From Botryllus schlosseri (Eukaryota): DNA of 64,000 nt. Below, one piece after another: positions 1 to 9,615 of this stretch. Within the stretch, counting starts at the first letter, position 1. Each line of letters begins with the position of its first letter. The notes under the pieces were generated by a model. The model ran no database searches. It had not been told where the DNA came from and saw only the letters and a program-made list of their open reading frames with translations. The DNA is taken from NCBI GenBank assembly GCA_051294905.1, contig CM119371.1, positions 39,496,001 through 39,560,000 on the forward strand. The letters are read 5' to 3'. The translations under genes were made by a program, and so were the position numbers.

Positions 1-137
1 CGTAGCAGCATGTGCTGCCGCCCCTGGCTCTCGCTCAAAATGCCGCCCCCTAAGTAGACCGCAACTAATATCAATATAGATTCATGGCAAGAAATAGCGA
101 ACGAATGTATTATGCAAATAGAAAATCAATAGCCGTC

Positions 138-1290
138 TCAAAACTTAACTTTTCGGGCTTTGCCGATGCAAAATCAGCGATAATATCCTCAAATTCAAGA
201 TTTTGAACATAGACTCTTTCTATAGACTAGTGGTTCTCAACTGGGGGTCCGCGGACCCCTGGTGGTCCACGAAGCATTTTCAGGGGGTCTGCGAAGCCTC
301 TGGTCATTGTAGGCTAAAGTCATTGGTAACCTAATTTACATTTTTTAATTAGGAAAAGCATGGGACAGTTTTCGCTTCGCTTCATAATTACTAAAACTTT
401 AGGACTCACGTCATTAAAATGGTCGTCTGAGATGAAATATCCGACTGTGCAAACTCATTTTATTGTCAACTTACCATAATAGCATGCTGATGCAAACATA
501 TATTACTGTTTATAAATGTTTTGTTAAGGTTTCTGAAAAATTAAATGTTGGAGATAGCAATTTGGATTTGCAGTTGTCAGTCGCAGCAAATTTGTAAACA
601 TTCGTTAGAAATAGAAGTTCCTGAACTTTTTTCCTGGTATGTCCCAATGAAGGAATTGAAACCGCGCCGTCACGAAATCCATTTTCTTCTGTGATATAAT
701 CACTAAATACCTTCAAGATGAGATGCTAGATAGAAATGACTATATAAACATGATGACATGATATGTTCATAACAAACACACACCAAAAGCTATCGTCGGA
801 AGCGTTACGCGTTATTATTACATTCGCCACCAATATATCTTTGTGGAAATGGACTTTCGGCACACGTTCATATGCAATCAAAGACGAGAATTTTCAAGAC
901 AATAAATACAGGTGGAAAATTCGTTTCGAAATATTAAAAGTCTACCCAATTTCGACATATAGTGTGATGTTATTTGGAATAAAATTCATTTTCTGACTGT
1001 TTATTACTAACCTAAAATCAATGTTTGCACGAGACAGTTGACGGTTGCACGATAATTGAGATAATTTTGAACGAAAACTTGCGGGGGTCCACGGGGGTAT
1101 GTGGCGGTCCAAAAGTGGTCCACGAAGACAAAAAGGTTGAGAACCACTGCTATCAATAGAGCTGATAGCCGATCATCATTCATGGTAGAACGTAAATAAG
1201 ACTTAATCAGTTTGAGTTTTGAAAAGCTCGCGCAGCTCTCAATTGAAACACCAATGGTCAGATGAAGTTCCAGACACGAGTATAAATATA
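138..1290 (-). pseudogene. hAT transposase C-terminal (dimerisation domain) remnant, split by a MITE
   Basis: 1290-1150 reads LTIGVSIESCASFSKLKLIKSYLRSTMNDDRLSAL; on the other side of the 228-1149 insert, 227-138 reads SIERVYVQNLEFEDIIADFASAK followed by a frameshifted RKVKF-stop. This is the typical end of a ZMYM1-like hAT transposase. Confidence 0.8.
228..1149. mobile_element. hAT (Charlie/Buster-like) MITE
   Basis: TIRs TAGTGGTTCTCAAC / GTTGAGAACCACTG with GGTCC(G/A)CG subterminal repeats; left flank CTATAGAC, right flank retains only CTAT. Confidence 0.8.
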
Positions 1291-1766
1291 GTGTCGAATG
1301 AAGTAGCTTTGCATTAACTAACCAACCAACCATAGCTAGGAACACGCGGCCTTGGCGGCTATTTCGGAATGGTTCCATTGTCATGTTAACATATTAATTC
1401 GTGTTTTCGGAATTAGCGTGACACTAGCTTTCGTTGAAGGCCAGTTTGATTCAATTTTAGCTCACGGGACGCCAGCTATAGGACTAGCAATTACGCTGCT
1501 TTAGCCGGCTGTGTACACTGCGTTAGCCTCATTTTGCCGCCCCCTTGGAGCCTGCCGCCCCTGGCGCAGAGCCAGAACCTCCAAGTGGCTGCTACGCCAC
1601 TGCATGCAGCTTGAATGATATCATCGCCAAGGCATCATTTTAATAATATTCATGCATTTAATATAAATATATGACTCCAGAAAGTTACTTGTATATGTTT
1701 GTATGCATATTCTTATTTAATTGCTGACGCAGAGTCCAAGTCCACACTGGGACTACTTTCTCACAA

Positions 1767-4319
1767 GAGAGAGAGTCTTTATTTTCATCGAACCAAAATA
1801 CGTAACAAACGGCAGTGATGGTGGTACAGAAAATATGCGTGCACAGTATTCGGTATTAGATAGGAATGATCGATAAGACCATGAAGGTCATCTAGTCTGA
1901 TCACACCAGCATCAAACAGATACACTTGACTCAGAACAGTCTGGCTGTAAGAAATGTTTAGTTAGGAAAGGAAAATAGAAAAAAAAATTAAACAATGGTA
2001 GCAAATGATCAATGAAGCAATGTCTGGGCGAGGTAGGGCAACAGTGTTAGTGTAACGACAAGAGGTGATCAAGTAGGGCTTTTTTGAATCTATTATAAGG
2101 CAATTCACGGATATGTGATGGTAATGCATTCCAGATGATAGGTCCCGAGTAGTCGATAGATCTCTTAGTTAGGTTGCTATTGGGTTGGGGTAAGTAGACG
2201 TCTCCTTTAGACGAAGATCTCGTGTAATGGGAATGGACATGTTTAGCAGGTATGAAAAAGTCATCAAACACAGGAGGCAGACTATTGGAAAAATACTTGT
2301 GAACAACTTTTGATACTTCGAAGCGATACAGTTCATCAACTCGCAAAATTCGATGCTTACGGTAGTAAGGCGATAAATTGGTACGTAAAGGTACAGATGA
2401 TATCAGCCGTATCGCACGGTTTTGCAGGGTTCGAATTCTGCACAAAAATGTTGTACATGCATTTCCCCATACTACGATTCCATACTGCAGATGCGAGTGG
2501 AAAAGAGAGAAGTAGATGGTTCGTAGTACTGATCTGGAAACCAAAGATTGGAGACGGGTCATTATTCCCACACACCGAGCTAGTTTTGATATTGTGCATT
2601 CAATATGCTGCTTCCAAGACAATTTCGAATCAATGGTGACGCCGAGATATTTTGCTGAGTCACATATTGAGATTTGTTTATGATTGATGTTCACAGTGAA
2701 ATTATGACTGGCATTATTTAAAACGAGCATCTCGGTCTTATCTGCATTCAAACTTAGTTTGTTTGCTTGCAGCCATCTCGACACTTTTGGGAGTTCCCTA
2801 TTCACAGATGCATGCAGATCATCGAAAGTGTTGGAGGTTATGAAGAGGTGAGTATCATCAGCAAATAGCGTTGTGCGGAATAAAGATGCATTAACAATGT
2901 CGTTAATATAAATGAGGAAAAAAGTCGGTCCAAGGACTGAGCCTTGTGGCACTCCACAAGTTATATCTCTGGTAGTCGTTCTTAATGTCCCCAGTTTAAC
3001 AAATTGTTTGCGGTTTGCCAGGTAGCTTTCAAGTAGAGTTGCTGCAATACCCCTGATTCCATAGTGTTCTAGCTTGTATCTTAAGATTCTGTGGTTAACT
3101 GTGTCGAAAGCTTTGCGGAGATCGATAAAAATGCTGCAGCCACTTTTTTTTTGCTTGATGGTTTTGTAATAGTCCGTTACAATTGATAGTATTGCATGGT
3201 TGGTGTTGTGGTTGGATCTGAATCCATGCTGAGTCGGAGACAGTACTGCATTCAATTCAAAAAAGTTCTTAAGTCGGCAGTCAATCAGTTTCTCAAAAAC
3301 CGTGGCAAGATTTGGCAAAACAGATATTGGTCGGTAGTTAGAAATTAGCTTTTTACAGCCTTTCTTAAACACTGGCATTACTCTGGCAGTTTTCAGTGCA
3401 TCTGGGAAAATGCCTAGACGTATCGACTCATTAAAGAAAATGCATATAACATCACCAATAATATTAAAGACTAGCTTCAGAAAGTGAGTTGGGATGAGAT
3501 CGGGTCCTACTGCTTTGTTACTTTTCATTTCAGATAATACGATCGCAACTTCTCCTTTACTTGTCGGCTCAAGAAAAATGGATTTCTGAGGGCCAGGACT
3601 CAGGTACGAGAGAAAGTCATCGGAGGAGTTTGGTATTGAAGCTGCAAGATCCGGACCAATGTTGCAAAAATACTGATTGAACTTTTCTGCTACTGCAAGC
3701 TGGTCTTTGATGACGCTGCCATTCTCGAGTAGCTGGATGTCATCAGTACTCTTGGGAGCATTACCTTTAGTTAGGTTGATAATTTCTCCAATGGTTTTCC
3801 ATGTGTTCTTGGGATCTTTGGAGCACTCTTCGAATCTTTTTTGGAAGTATGCTTTTTTGGCATTTTCTTTCATATGCGTCACTTGGTTTGCATATTTTTT
3901 GTACACTTTTTTGCCTTCGATGGTGCCTTGCAGATAGTAGTGCTTATGCATCCAATCCCTTGTTTTGATCGCAACTAGTATGTCATGACCAATCCAGGGT
4001 TTCGATTTCAAGCGCCTTACATTGCGGTTGACTTTCCTAATTGGGAAAGATGTGTCGAGGGCTGCCCGCAGTTCCTCAATAAATTTTTCAAAATGGCAGT
4101 TGTAGTTGTCAGTTGTGAGTGGAGGAATTTTGTAGTTGTTGAAGGTATTGCTGACAATTTCAATATACTCCTCTATACCGCGTGGGTTTAAGGGCGTTCT
4201 AGATTCAAATTCTTTAGCACAATGTGGCAGGGCCAATTTCATGTGACAGATGATGGGATAGTGATCAGTCATACTGTGTTGGAGCACAAAAGGGGACAGG
4301 TGATATTGATGAGTGTTGC
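1767..4319 (-). mobile_element. 5'-truncated CR1-group (Crack/L2-like) LINE, copy 1
   Basis: Reverse complement of ~6049-8605 at very high identity, including the 3' UTR, AATAAA and (CT)n tail (GAGAGAGAGAGTC at 1767). Confidence 0.95.
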
Positions 4320-4389
4320 TGTAGTTATCACATTGTTGAACGTCATCAGGATATATTTCGTTATGATCATGAACTGCTGGAAGACTCAT
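2047..4389 (-). CDS. 780-aa chimeric ORF: 24 aa of host-repeat sequence fused in frame to truncated LINE ORF2 (reverse transcriptase lacking most of the APE endonuclease)
   Basis: RT motifs NYRPIS, QHGFR, DLRKAFDTV, GVPQGSVLGP, FADD, KYLGV. The N-terminal MSLPAVHDHNEIYPDDVQQC matches the host repeat copy at 42930-42990, not the LINE. Confidence 0.8.
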   Translation of the reverse strand: MSLPAVHDHNEIYPDDVQQCDNYSNTHQYHLSPFVLQHSMTDHYPIICHMKLALPHCAKEFESRTPLNPRGIEEYIEIVSNTFNNYKIPPLTTDNYNCHFEKFIEELRAALDTSFPIRKVNRNVRRLKSKPWIGHDILVAIKTRDWMHKHYYLQGTIEGKKVYKKYANQVTHMKENAKKAYFQKRFEECSKDPKNTWKTIGEIINLTKGNAPKSTDDIQLLENGSVIKDQLAVAEKFNQYFCNIGPDLAASIPNSSDDFLSYLSPGPQKSIFLEPTSKGEVAIVLSEMKSNKAVGPDLIPTHFLKLVFNIIGDVICIFFNESIRLGIFPDALKTARVMPVFKKGCKKLISNYRPISVLPNLATVFEKLIDCRLKNFFELNAVLSPTQHGFRSNHNTNHAILSIVTDYYKTIKQKKSGCSIFIDLRKAFDTVNHRILRYKLEHYGIRGIAATLLESYLANRKQFVKLGTLRTTTRDITCGVPQGSVLGPTFFLIYINDIVNASLFRTTLFADDTHLFITSNTFDDLHASVNRELPKVSRWLQANKLSLNADKTEMLVLNNASHNFTVNINHKQISICDSAKYLGVTIDSKLSWKQHIECTISKLARCVGIMTRLQSLVSRSVLRTIYFSLFHSHLQYGIVVWGNACTTFLCRIRTLQNRAIRLISSVPLRTNLSPYYRKHRILRVDELYRFEVSKVVHKYFSNSLPPVFDDFFIPAKHVHSHYTRSSSKGDVYLPQPNSNLTKRSIDYSGPIIWNALPSHIRELPYNRFKKALLDHLLSLH

Positions 4390-4521
4390 AGTAGCTAAAG
4401 ATTGTGCCGTAGCACAAGCGCCGCTGTATAGTGCTGATTGAAAGAGTATCGTATTTGGTTGTATTAAGATTTAAAGTAATCTAGGCTATAATCTAGGCTA
4501 TATACCCATCCAAGAAACAAA

Positions 4522-5358
4522 ATGACAAAGCCCGGAACAAACGAAGAAGCCATCTTGCTGAGACTGGAAAAGATGGAGAGTAAACTGGATAATACGCTCG
4601 CTGAAGTCAAAGTGTTAAAGGAAGAAAACAAGGAACTGCGCAACATCATCTCAGAACTGCAGACTACAGCTGAAGATATCAAAAAGTCTGGTTCTGCCGT
4701 AGAAGAACTGCGAAAAGAGATAGAATCTTGCAAGACTGGTATGGAATTCATGAATGCAGAATTTGAGGACACCAAAAAAAATCTAGAACGCGCCTCACAA
4801 GAATCCATGCTCAACGAACACGACAAATTTGAGTCAACTATGAGATTCCTGAACAAAAAAATATCTGACCTAGAACGCACCAACGACAACCTGGAGCTGG
4901 AGCAGCAATCTCGAAACAACAACCTGGAATTTCATGGTGTTCCCCACTCTGAAAAAGAAAATCTGCCTGAAACTATCATGAAAATAGCTAACGCCTTGAA
5001 AGCTGAGATTACTGCGCCACAGATTGTGCAGTGTTATAGAGTGCGCTTCAGAAATAAGGACAAAACAGGACCCGTTATAGCCAAATTCTCTTCAGAGCAA
5101 CCAAAAAAAGAATTCCTCAAAGTGAAAAAGGCCAAAAGGGATATCAAGGACTTTGGTGTAGAAGGAATGAAACAACTCTTCCTAAACGAAAATTTAACAA
5201 ATTACAGAAGAGATGTTTTCTTTGAAGCGCGAGCTGCGAAACAAAAAAAAAGCTTCAAATACCTCTGGACTGCAAATGGAAATATCTACATGAAAAAGAA
5301 TGATGGTGCACCCAGAATCCACATTGAGTCAAAGGATGACCTCGATAAACTCAATTAG
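4522..5358 (+). CDS. LINE ORF1 protein (coiled coil, RRM-like NNLEFHGVP, FP-like C-terminal domain)
   Basis: 278-aa ORF; heptad-rich N-terminus; RNNNLEFHGVP and FLNENLT...FKYLWTANGNIYMKK motifs; lies directly upstream of ORF2. Confidence 0.9.
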   Translation: MTKPGTNEEAILLRLEKMESKLDNTLAEVKVLKEENKELRNIISELQTTAEDIKKSGSAVEELRKEIESCKTGMEFMNAEFEDTKKNLERASQESMLNEHDKFESTMRFLNKKISDLERTNDNLELEQQSRNNNLEFHGVPHSEKENLPETIMKIANALKAEITAPQIVQCYRVRFRNKDKTGPVIAKFSSEQPKKEFLKVKKAKRDIKDFGVEGMKQLFLNENLTNYRRDVFFEARAAKQKKSFKYLWTANGNIYMKKNDGAPRIHIESKDDLDKLN

Positions 5359-5405
5359 AAACTGCTATACTGCTCTCTCACTGCAAACGCAACCCACACT
5401 AAAAA

Positions 5406-8321
5406 ATGGCTCAAAACTTTTTCAACGTGAGCAACTGCAGATCTATCAATTCAACGAATAGTAGTGATATCCCATCATCTCAAGGAATTTTACTTGCACA
5501 CTTAAACACAAGATCCCTCCAAGCTCATCTAGATGAAATTCCCCCCCTGTTTGAAATGTTCAATTGCTCACCAACCATCATCGGAATCTCTGAGACCAAG
5601 TTGAAAGAACATCCAACGACTAATGTTAACCTGACAGGTTTCAACTTTTTACACTCGCCATCTAAAACGAACGCTGGAGGTGTTGGACTATACATCAACG
5701 AAGGTCTGAGATATGACATGATTCCCGACGTAAAATTTGAAACCGAAGGCGTAGAATATATATTTGTCAGAGTACATGTACAAAAAGCTCTCACAGTGGC
5801 AGTCATCTACAAACACCCAGGAACAAAGCAAGAGACTTTTCTTGACGAATTCTCAAATATTCTGGAAACGCTAACGGCAGCTAACGAACAAATATTTATT
5901 ATGGGAGACATAAATATTGATTTGCTGAAGACCACCAACTTTAACACAAGGTACCGTGAAATGCTTGATTCTTATGGAATAGCTCAGATAATTACTGAAC
6001 CCACAAGAATAACTGATCAATCCAAAACTCTACTAGATCACTTCTACTGCAACACTCATCAATATCACCTGTCCCCTTTTGTGCTCCAACACAGTATGAC
6101 TGATCACTATCCCATCATCTGTCACATGAAATTGGCCGTGCCACATTGTGCTAAAGAATTTGAATCTAGAACGCCCTTAAACCCACGCGGTATAGAGGAG
6201 TATATTGAAATTGTCAGCAATACCTTCAACAATTACAAAATTCCTCCACTCACAACTGACAACTACAACTGCCATTTTGAAAAATTTATTGAGGAACTGC
6301 GGGCAGCCCTCGACACATCTTTCCCAATTAGGAAAGTCAACCGCAATGCAAGGCGCTTGAAATCGAAACCCTGGATTGGTTATGACATACTGGTTGCGAT
6401 CAAAACAAGGGATTGGATGCATAAGCACTACTATCTGCAAGGCACCATCGAAGGCAAAAAAGTGTACAAAAAATATGCAAACCAAGTGACGCATATGAAA
6501 GAAAATGCCAAAAAAGCATACTTCCAAAAAAGATTCGAAGAGTGCTCCAAAGATCCCAAGAACACATGGAAAACCATTGGAGAAATTATCAACCTAACTA
6601 AAGGTAATGCTCCCAAGAGTACTGATGACATCCAGCTACTCGAGAATGGCAGCGTTATCAAAGACCAGCTTGCAGTAGCAGAAAAGTTCAATCAGTATTT
6701 TTGCAACATTGGTCCGGATCTTGCAGCTTCAATACCAAACTCCTCCGATGACTTTCTCTCGTACTTGAGTCCTGGCCCTCAGAAATCCATTTTTCTTGAG
6801 CCGACAAGCAAAGGAGAAGTTGCGATCGTATTATCTGAAATGAAAAGTAACAAAGCAGTAGGACCCGATCTCATCCCAACTCACTTTCTGAAGCTAGTCT
6901 TTAATATTATTGGTGATGTTATATGCATTTTCTTTAATGAGTCGATACGTCTAGGCATTTTCCCAGATGCACTGAAAACTGCCAGAGTAATGCCAGTGTT
7001 TAAGAAAGGCTGTAAAAAGCTAATTTCTAACTACCGACCAATATCTGTTTTGCCAAATCTTGCCACGGTTTTTGAGAAACTGATTGACTGCCGACTTAAG
7101 AACTTTTTTGAATTGAATGCAGTACTGTCTCCGACTCAGCATGGATTCAGATCCAACCACAACACCAACCATGCAATACTATCAATTGTAACGGACTATT
7201 ACAAAACCATCAAGCAAAAAGAAAGTGGCTGCAGCATTTTTATCGATCTCCGCAAAGCTTTCGACACTGTTAACCACAAAATCTTAAGATACAAGCTAGA
7301 ACACTATGGGATCAGGGGTATTGCAGCAACTCTACTTGAAAGCTACCTGGCAAACCGCAAACAATTTGTTAAACTGGGGACATTAAGAACGACTACCAGA
7401 GATATAACTTGTGGAGTGCCACAAGGCTCAGTCCTTGGACCGACTTTTTTCCTCATTTATATTAACGACATTGCTAATGCATCTTTATTCCGCACAACGC
7501 TATTTGCTGATGATACTCACCTCTTCATAACCTCCAACACTGTCGATGATTTGCATGCATCTGTGAATAGGGAACTCCCAAAAGTGTCGAGATGGCTGCA
7601 AGCAAACAAACTAAGTTTGAATGCAGATAAGACCGAGATGCTCGTTTTAAATAATGCCAGTCATAATTTCACTGTGAACATCAATCATAAACAAATCTCA
7701 ATATGTGAGTCAGCAAAATATCTCGGCGTCTCCATTGATTCCAAATTGTCTTGGAAGCAGCATATTGAATGCACAATATCAAAACTAGCTCGGTGTGTGG
7801 GAATAATGACCCGTCTCCAATCTTTGGTTTCCAGATCAGTACTACGAACCATCTACTTCTCTCTTTTCCACTCGCATCTGCAATATGGAATCGTAGTTTG
7901 GGGAAATGCATGTACAACATTTTTGTGCAGAATTCGAACCCTGCAAAACCGTGCGATACGGCTGATTTCATCTGTACCTTTACGTACCAATTTATCGCCT
8001 TACTACCGTAAGCATCGAATTTTGCGAGTTGATGAACTGTATCGCTTCGAAGTATCAAAAGTTGTTCACAAATATTTTTCCAATAGTCTCCCTCCTGTGT
8101 TTGATGACTTTTTCATACCTGCTAAACATGTCCATTCCCATTACACGAGATCTTCGTCTAAAGGAAACGTCTACTTACCCCAACCCAATAGCAACCTAAC
8201 TAAGAGATCTATCGACTACTCGGGACCTATCATCTGGAATGCATTGCCATCACATACCCGTGAATTGCCTTATAATAGATTCAAAAAAGCCCTACTTGAT
8301 CACCTCTTGTCGTTACACTAA
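5406..8321 (+). CDS. LINE ORF2: APE endonuclease plus reverse transcriptase
   Basis: 971-aa intact ORF; APE motifs HLNTRSL, IGISETKL, GGVGLY, IYKHP, MGDINID, LLDHFY, TDHYP; RT motifs as in copy 1. Confidence 0.97.
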   Translation: MAQNFFNVSNCRSINSTNSSDIPSSQGILLAHLNTRSLQAHLDEIPPLFEMFNCSPTIIGISETKLKEHPTTNVNLTGFNFLHSPSKTNAGGVGLYINEGLRYDMIPDVKFETEGVEYIFVRVHVQKALTVAVIYKHPGTKQETFLDEFSNILETLTAANEQIFIMGDINIDLLKTTNFNTRYREMLDSYGIAQIITEPTRITDQSKTLLDHFYCNTHQYHLSPFVLQHSMTDHYPIICHMKLAVPHCAKEFESRTPLNPRGIEEYIEIVSNTFNNYKIPPLTTDNYNCHFEKFIEELRAALDTSFPIRKVNRNARRLKSKPWIGYDILVAIKTRDWMHKHYYLQGTIEGKKVYKKYANQVTHMKENAKKAYFQKRFEECSKDPKNTWKTIGEIINLTKGNAPKSTDDIQLLENGSVIKDQLAVAEKFNQYFCNIGPDLAASIPNSSDDFLSYLSPGPQKSIFLEPTSKGEVAIVLSEMKSNKAVGPDLIPTHFLKLVFNIIGDVICIFFNESIRLGIFPDALKTARVMPVFKKGCKKLISNYRPISVLPNLATVFEKLIDCRLKNFFELNAVLSPTQHGFRSNHNTNHAILSIVTDYYKTIKQKESGCSIFIDLRKAFDTVNHKILRYKLEHYGIRGIAATLLESYLANRKQFVKLGTLRTTTRDITCGVPQGSVLGPTFFLIYINDIANASLFRTTLFADDTHLFITSNTVDDLHASVNRELPKVSRWLQANKLSLNADKTEMLVLNNASHNFTVNINHKQISICESAKYLGVSIDSKLSWKQHIECTISKLARCVGIMTRLQSLVSRSVLRTIYFSLFHSHLQYGIVVWGNACTTFLCRIRTLQNRAIRLISSVPLRTNLSPYYRKHRILRVDELYRFEVSKVVHKYFSNSLPPVFDDFFIPAKHVHSHYTRSSSKGNVYLPQPNSNLTKRSIDYSGPIIWNALPSHTRELPYNRFKKALLDHLLSLH

Positions 8322-8610
8322 CACTATTGCCCTACCTCGCCCAGACATTGCTTCATTGATCATTTGCTACCATTTTTTAATTTTTTTCTATTTTCCTTTC
8401 CTAACTAAACACTTTTTTACAGCCAGACTGTTCTGAGTCAAGTGTACCTGTTTGATGCTGGTGTGATCAGACTAGATGACCTTCACGGTCTTATCGATCA
8501 TTCCTATCTAATACCAAATACTGTGTACGCATATTTTCTGTACCACCATCACTGCCGTTTGTTATGTATTTTGGTTCGATGAAAAATAAAGACTCTCTCT
8601 CTCTCTCTCT

Positions 8611-9268
8611 ACTGTGGTAGCATGAAAGTCAGTCATGCAACAAAGTGCGCAAAGAGGGATTTGACTTTGTTGACTGCCACAACAACAACTTTGATGATTC
8701 TTGAGATTGTAGGCCTATGCCCTATTGTGACATTCGTCAGCGATGGCTTTAAAAACTACATGTCAAGGTGGGGAGCAAGTGCATTTCTACGACTGATATT
8801 GAAACAATACCTTCAATTTTGTGAATTTCAGACACAGCTACGCGAGAATACCATACTGAGGAGAGCTCACGTCTAATCATAATATCTTTTATCAGTTCTC
8901 ATATCATATATCGTTAGACTGGCAAGTAATGGCATACTTGATGTGTTTTAGCAAATAAATGTGATAACATGGCTGACCTTTAAGTATTGTGTACTCTTGA
9001 ATGGTAGTGGGATAGTTGATTTATATTTTCTTGGACTCTTGACAAGCATTCTAGACTGCTACCAGTCATAATTCAAGGTGTCAGCTGTCTGTATTTGATT
9101 ATGAATTTGTAGACTTCGTTCTATTGGCCTGTAATCAAATCTTACATCTGGTTACAACTACTACCCGGAAGTACCCGCATCAAAAGTTACAGTTATCTGA
9201 GAATATCCCAAAAAATCTGCCGTAATATCCGAATCCTATATCCGACTGCCCAAAATTGTCTAATATTC
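8611..9268 (+). repeat. Remainder of the interspersed repeat that hosts both LINEs (other pieces 1722-1766 and 4320-4452)
   Basis: Colinear with the reverse complement of ~42140-42855. Confidence 0.85.
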
Positions 9269-9538
9269 CTCTTACCCAACCTTATTCTTATGGGCCGTCT
9301 TCCTCAACCCTAATATTGGGAAACACTTACCCCAACCGTAACCCTAACCCAGCTTCAAACCCTTATATTCGTCATTTATTGGTGCCATAGAGGAACGACT
9401 GTTATGATACAGCAGATATCTGAGTGATACAGATGATGCTTGAGTGATACCTGACTATTTCGAATCCAAGACATAGTCTGCTTATTATGCAGAGATACCT
9501 GGGTGATACAGCGGATACCCGAGAATGTCCACAGGGCC

Positions 9539-9615
9539 TATTTTCTGTAGCGCCATCATTGCCATCTGTTTAGGTATTTAGTTCGGATGAAATGATGAAG
9601 ACTCTTTCTCTCTCT
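9539..9615 (+). mobile_element. Short diverged LINE 3'-tail fragment related to copies 1 and 2
   Basis: TTTTCTGTAGCGCCATCATTGCCATCTGTTTAGGTATTTAGTTCGGATGAAATGATGAAGACTCTTTCTCTCTCT aligns with 8533-8610. Confidence 0.7.

Larger units (their letters stand above)
1..1602 (-). mobile_element. Non-autonomous hAT deletion derivative (left end just outside window)
   Basis: Window starts CGTAGC, the continuation of a CAGTGGCGTAGC TIR; 1591-1602 GCTACGCCACTG is its reverse complement; GCCGCCCC subterminal motifs at both ends; carries a remnant of the hAT C-terminal dimerisation domain. Confidence 0.75.
4453..8610 (+). mobile_element. Full-length or near-full-length CR1-group (Crack/L2-like) LINE, copy 2
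   Basis: Short 5' UTR, ORF1, ORF2, ~290-bp 3' UTR ending AAATAAAGA(CT)9; no TSD; boundaries defined by comparison with the empty paralogue at 42.1-43.0 kb. Confidence 0.95.

Noticed and set aside
2310..8058. Short antisense and alternative-frame ORFs overlapping the LINE ORFs
   Set aside because: Shadow ORFs of real coding sequence with no recognisable motifs.
1767..8610. Assembly artefact or twin-priming inversion of a single LINE
   Set aside because: The copies differ at many sites, both have their own 3' tails, and host sequence lies between them in the original order.
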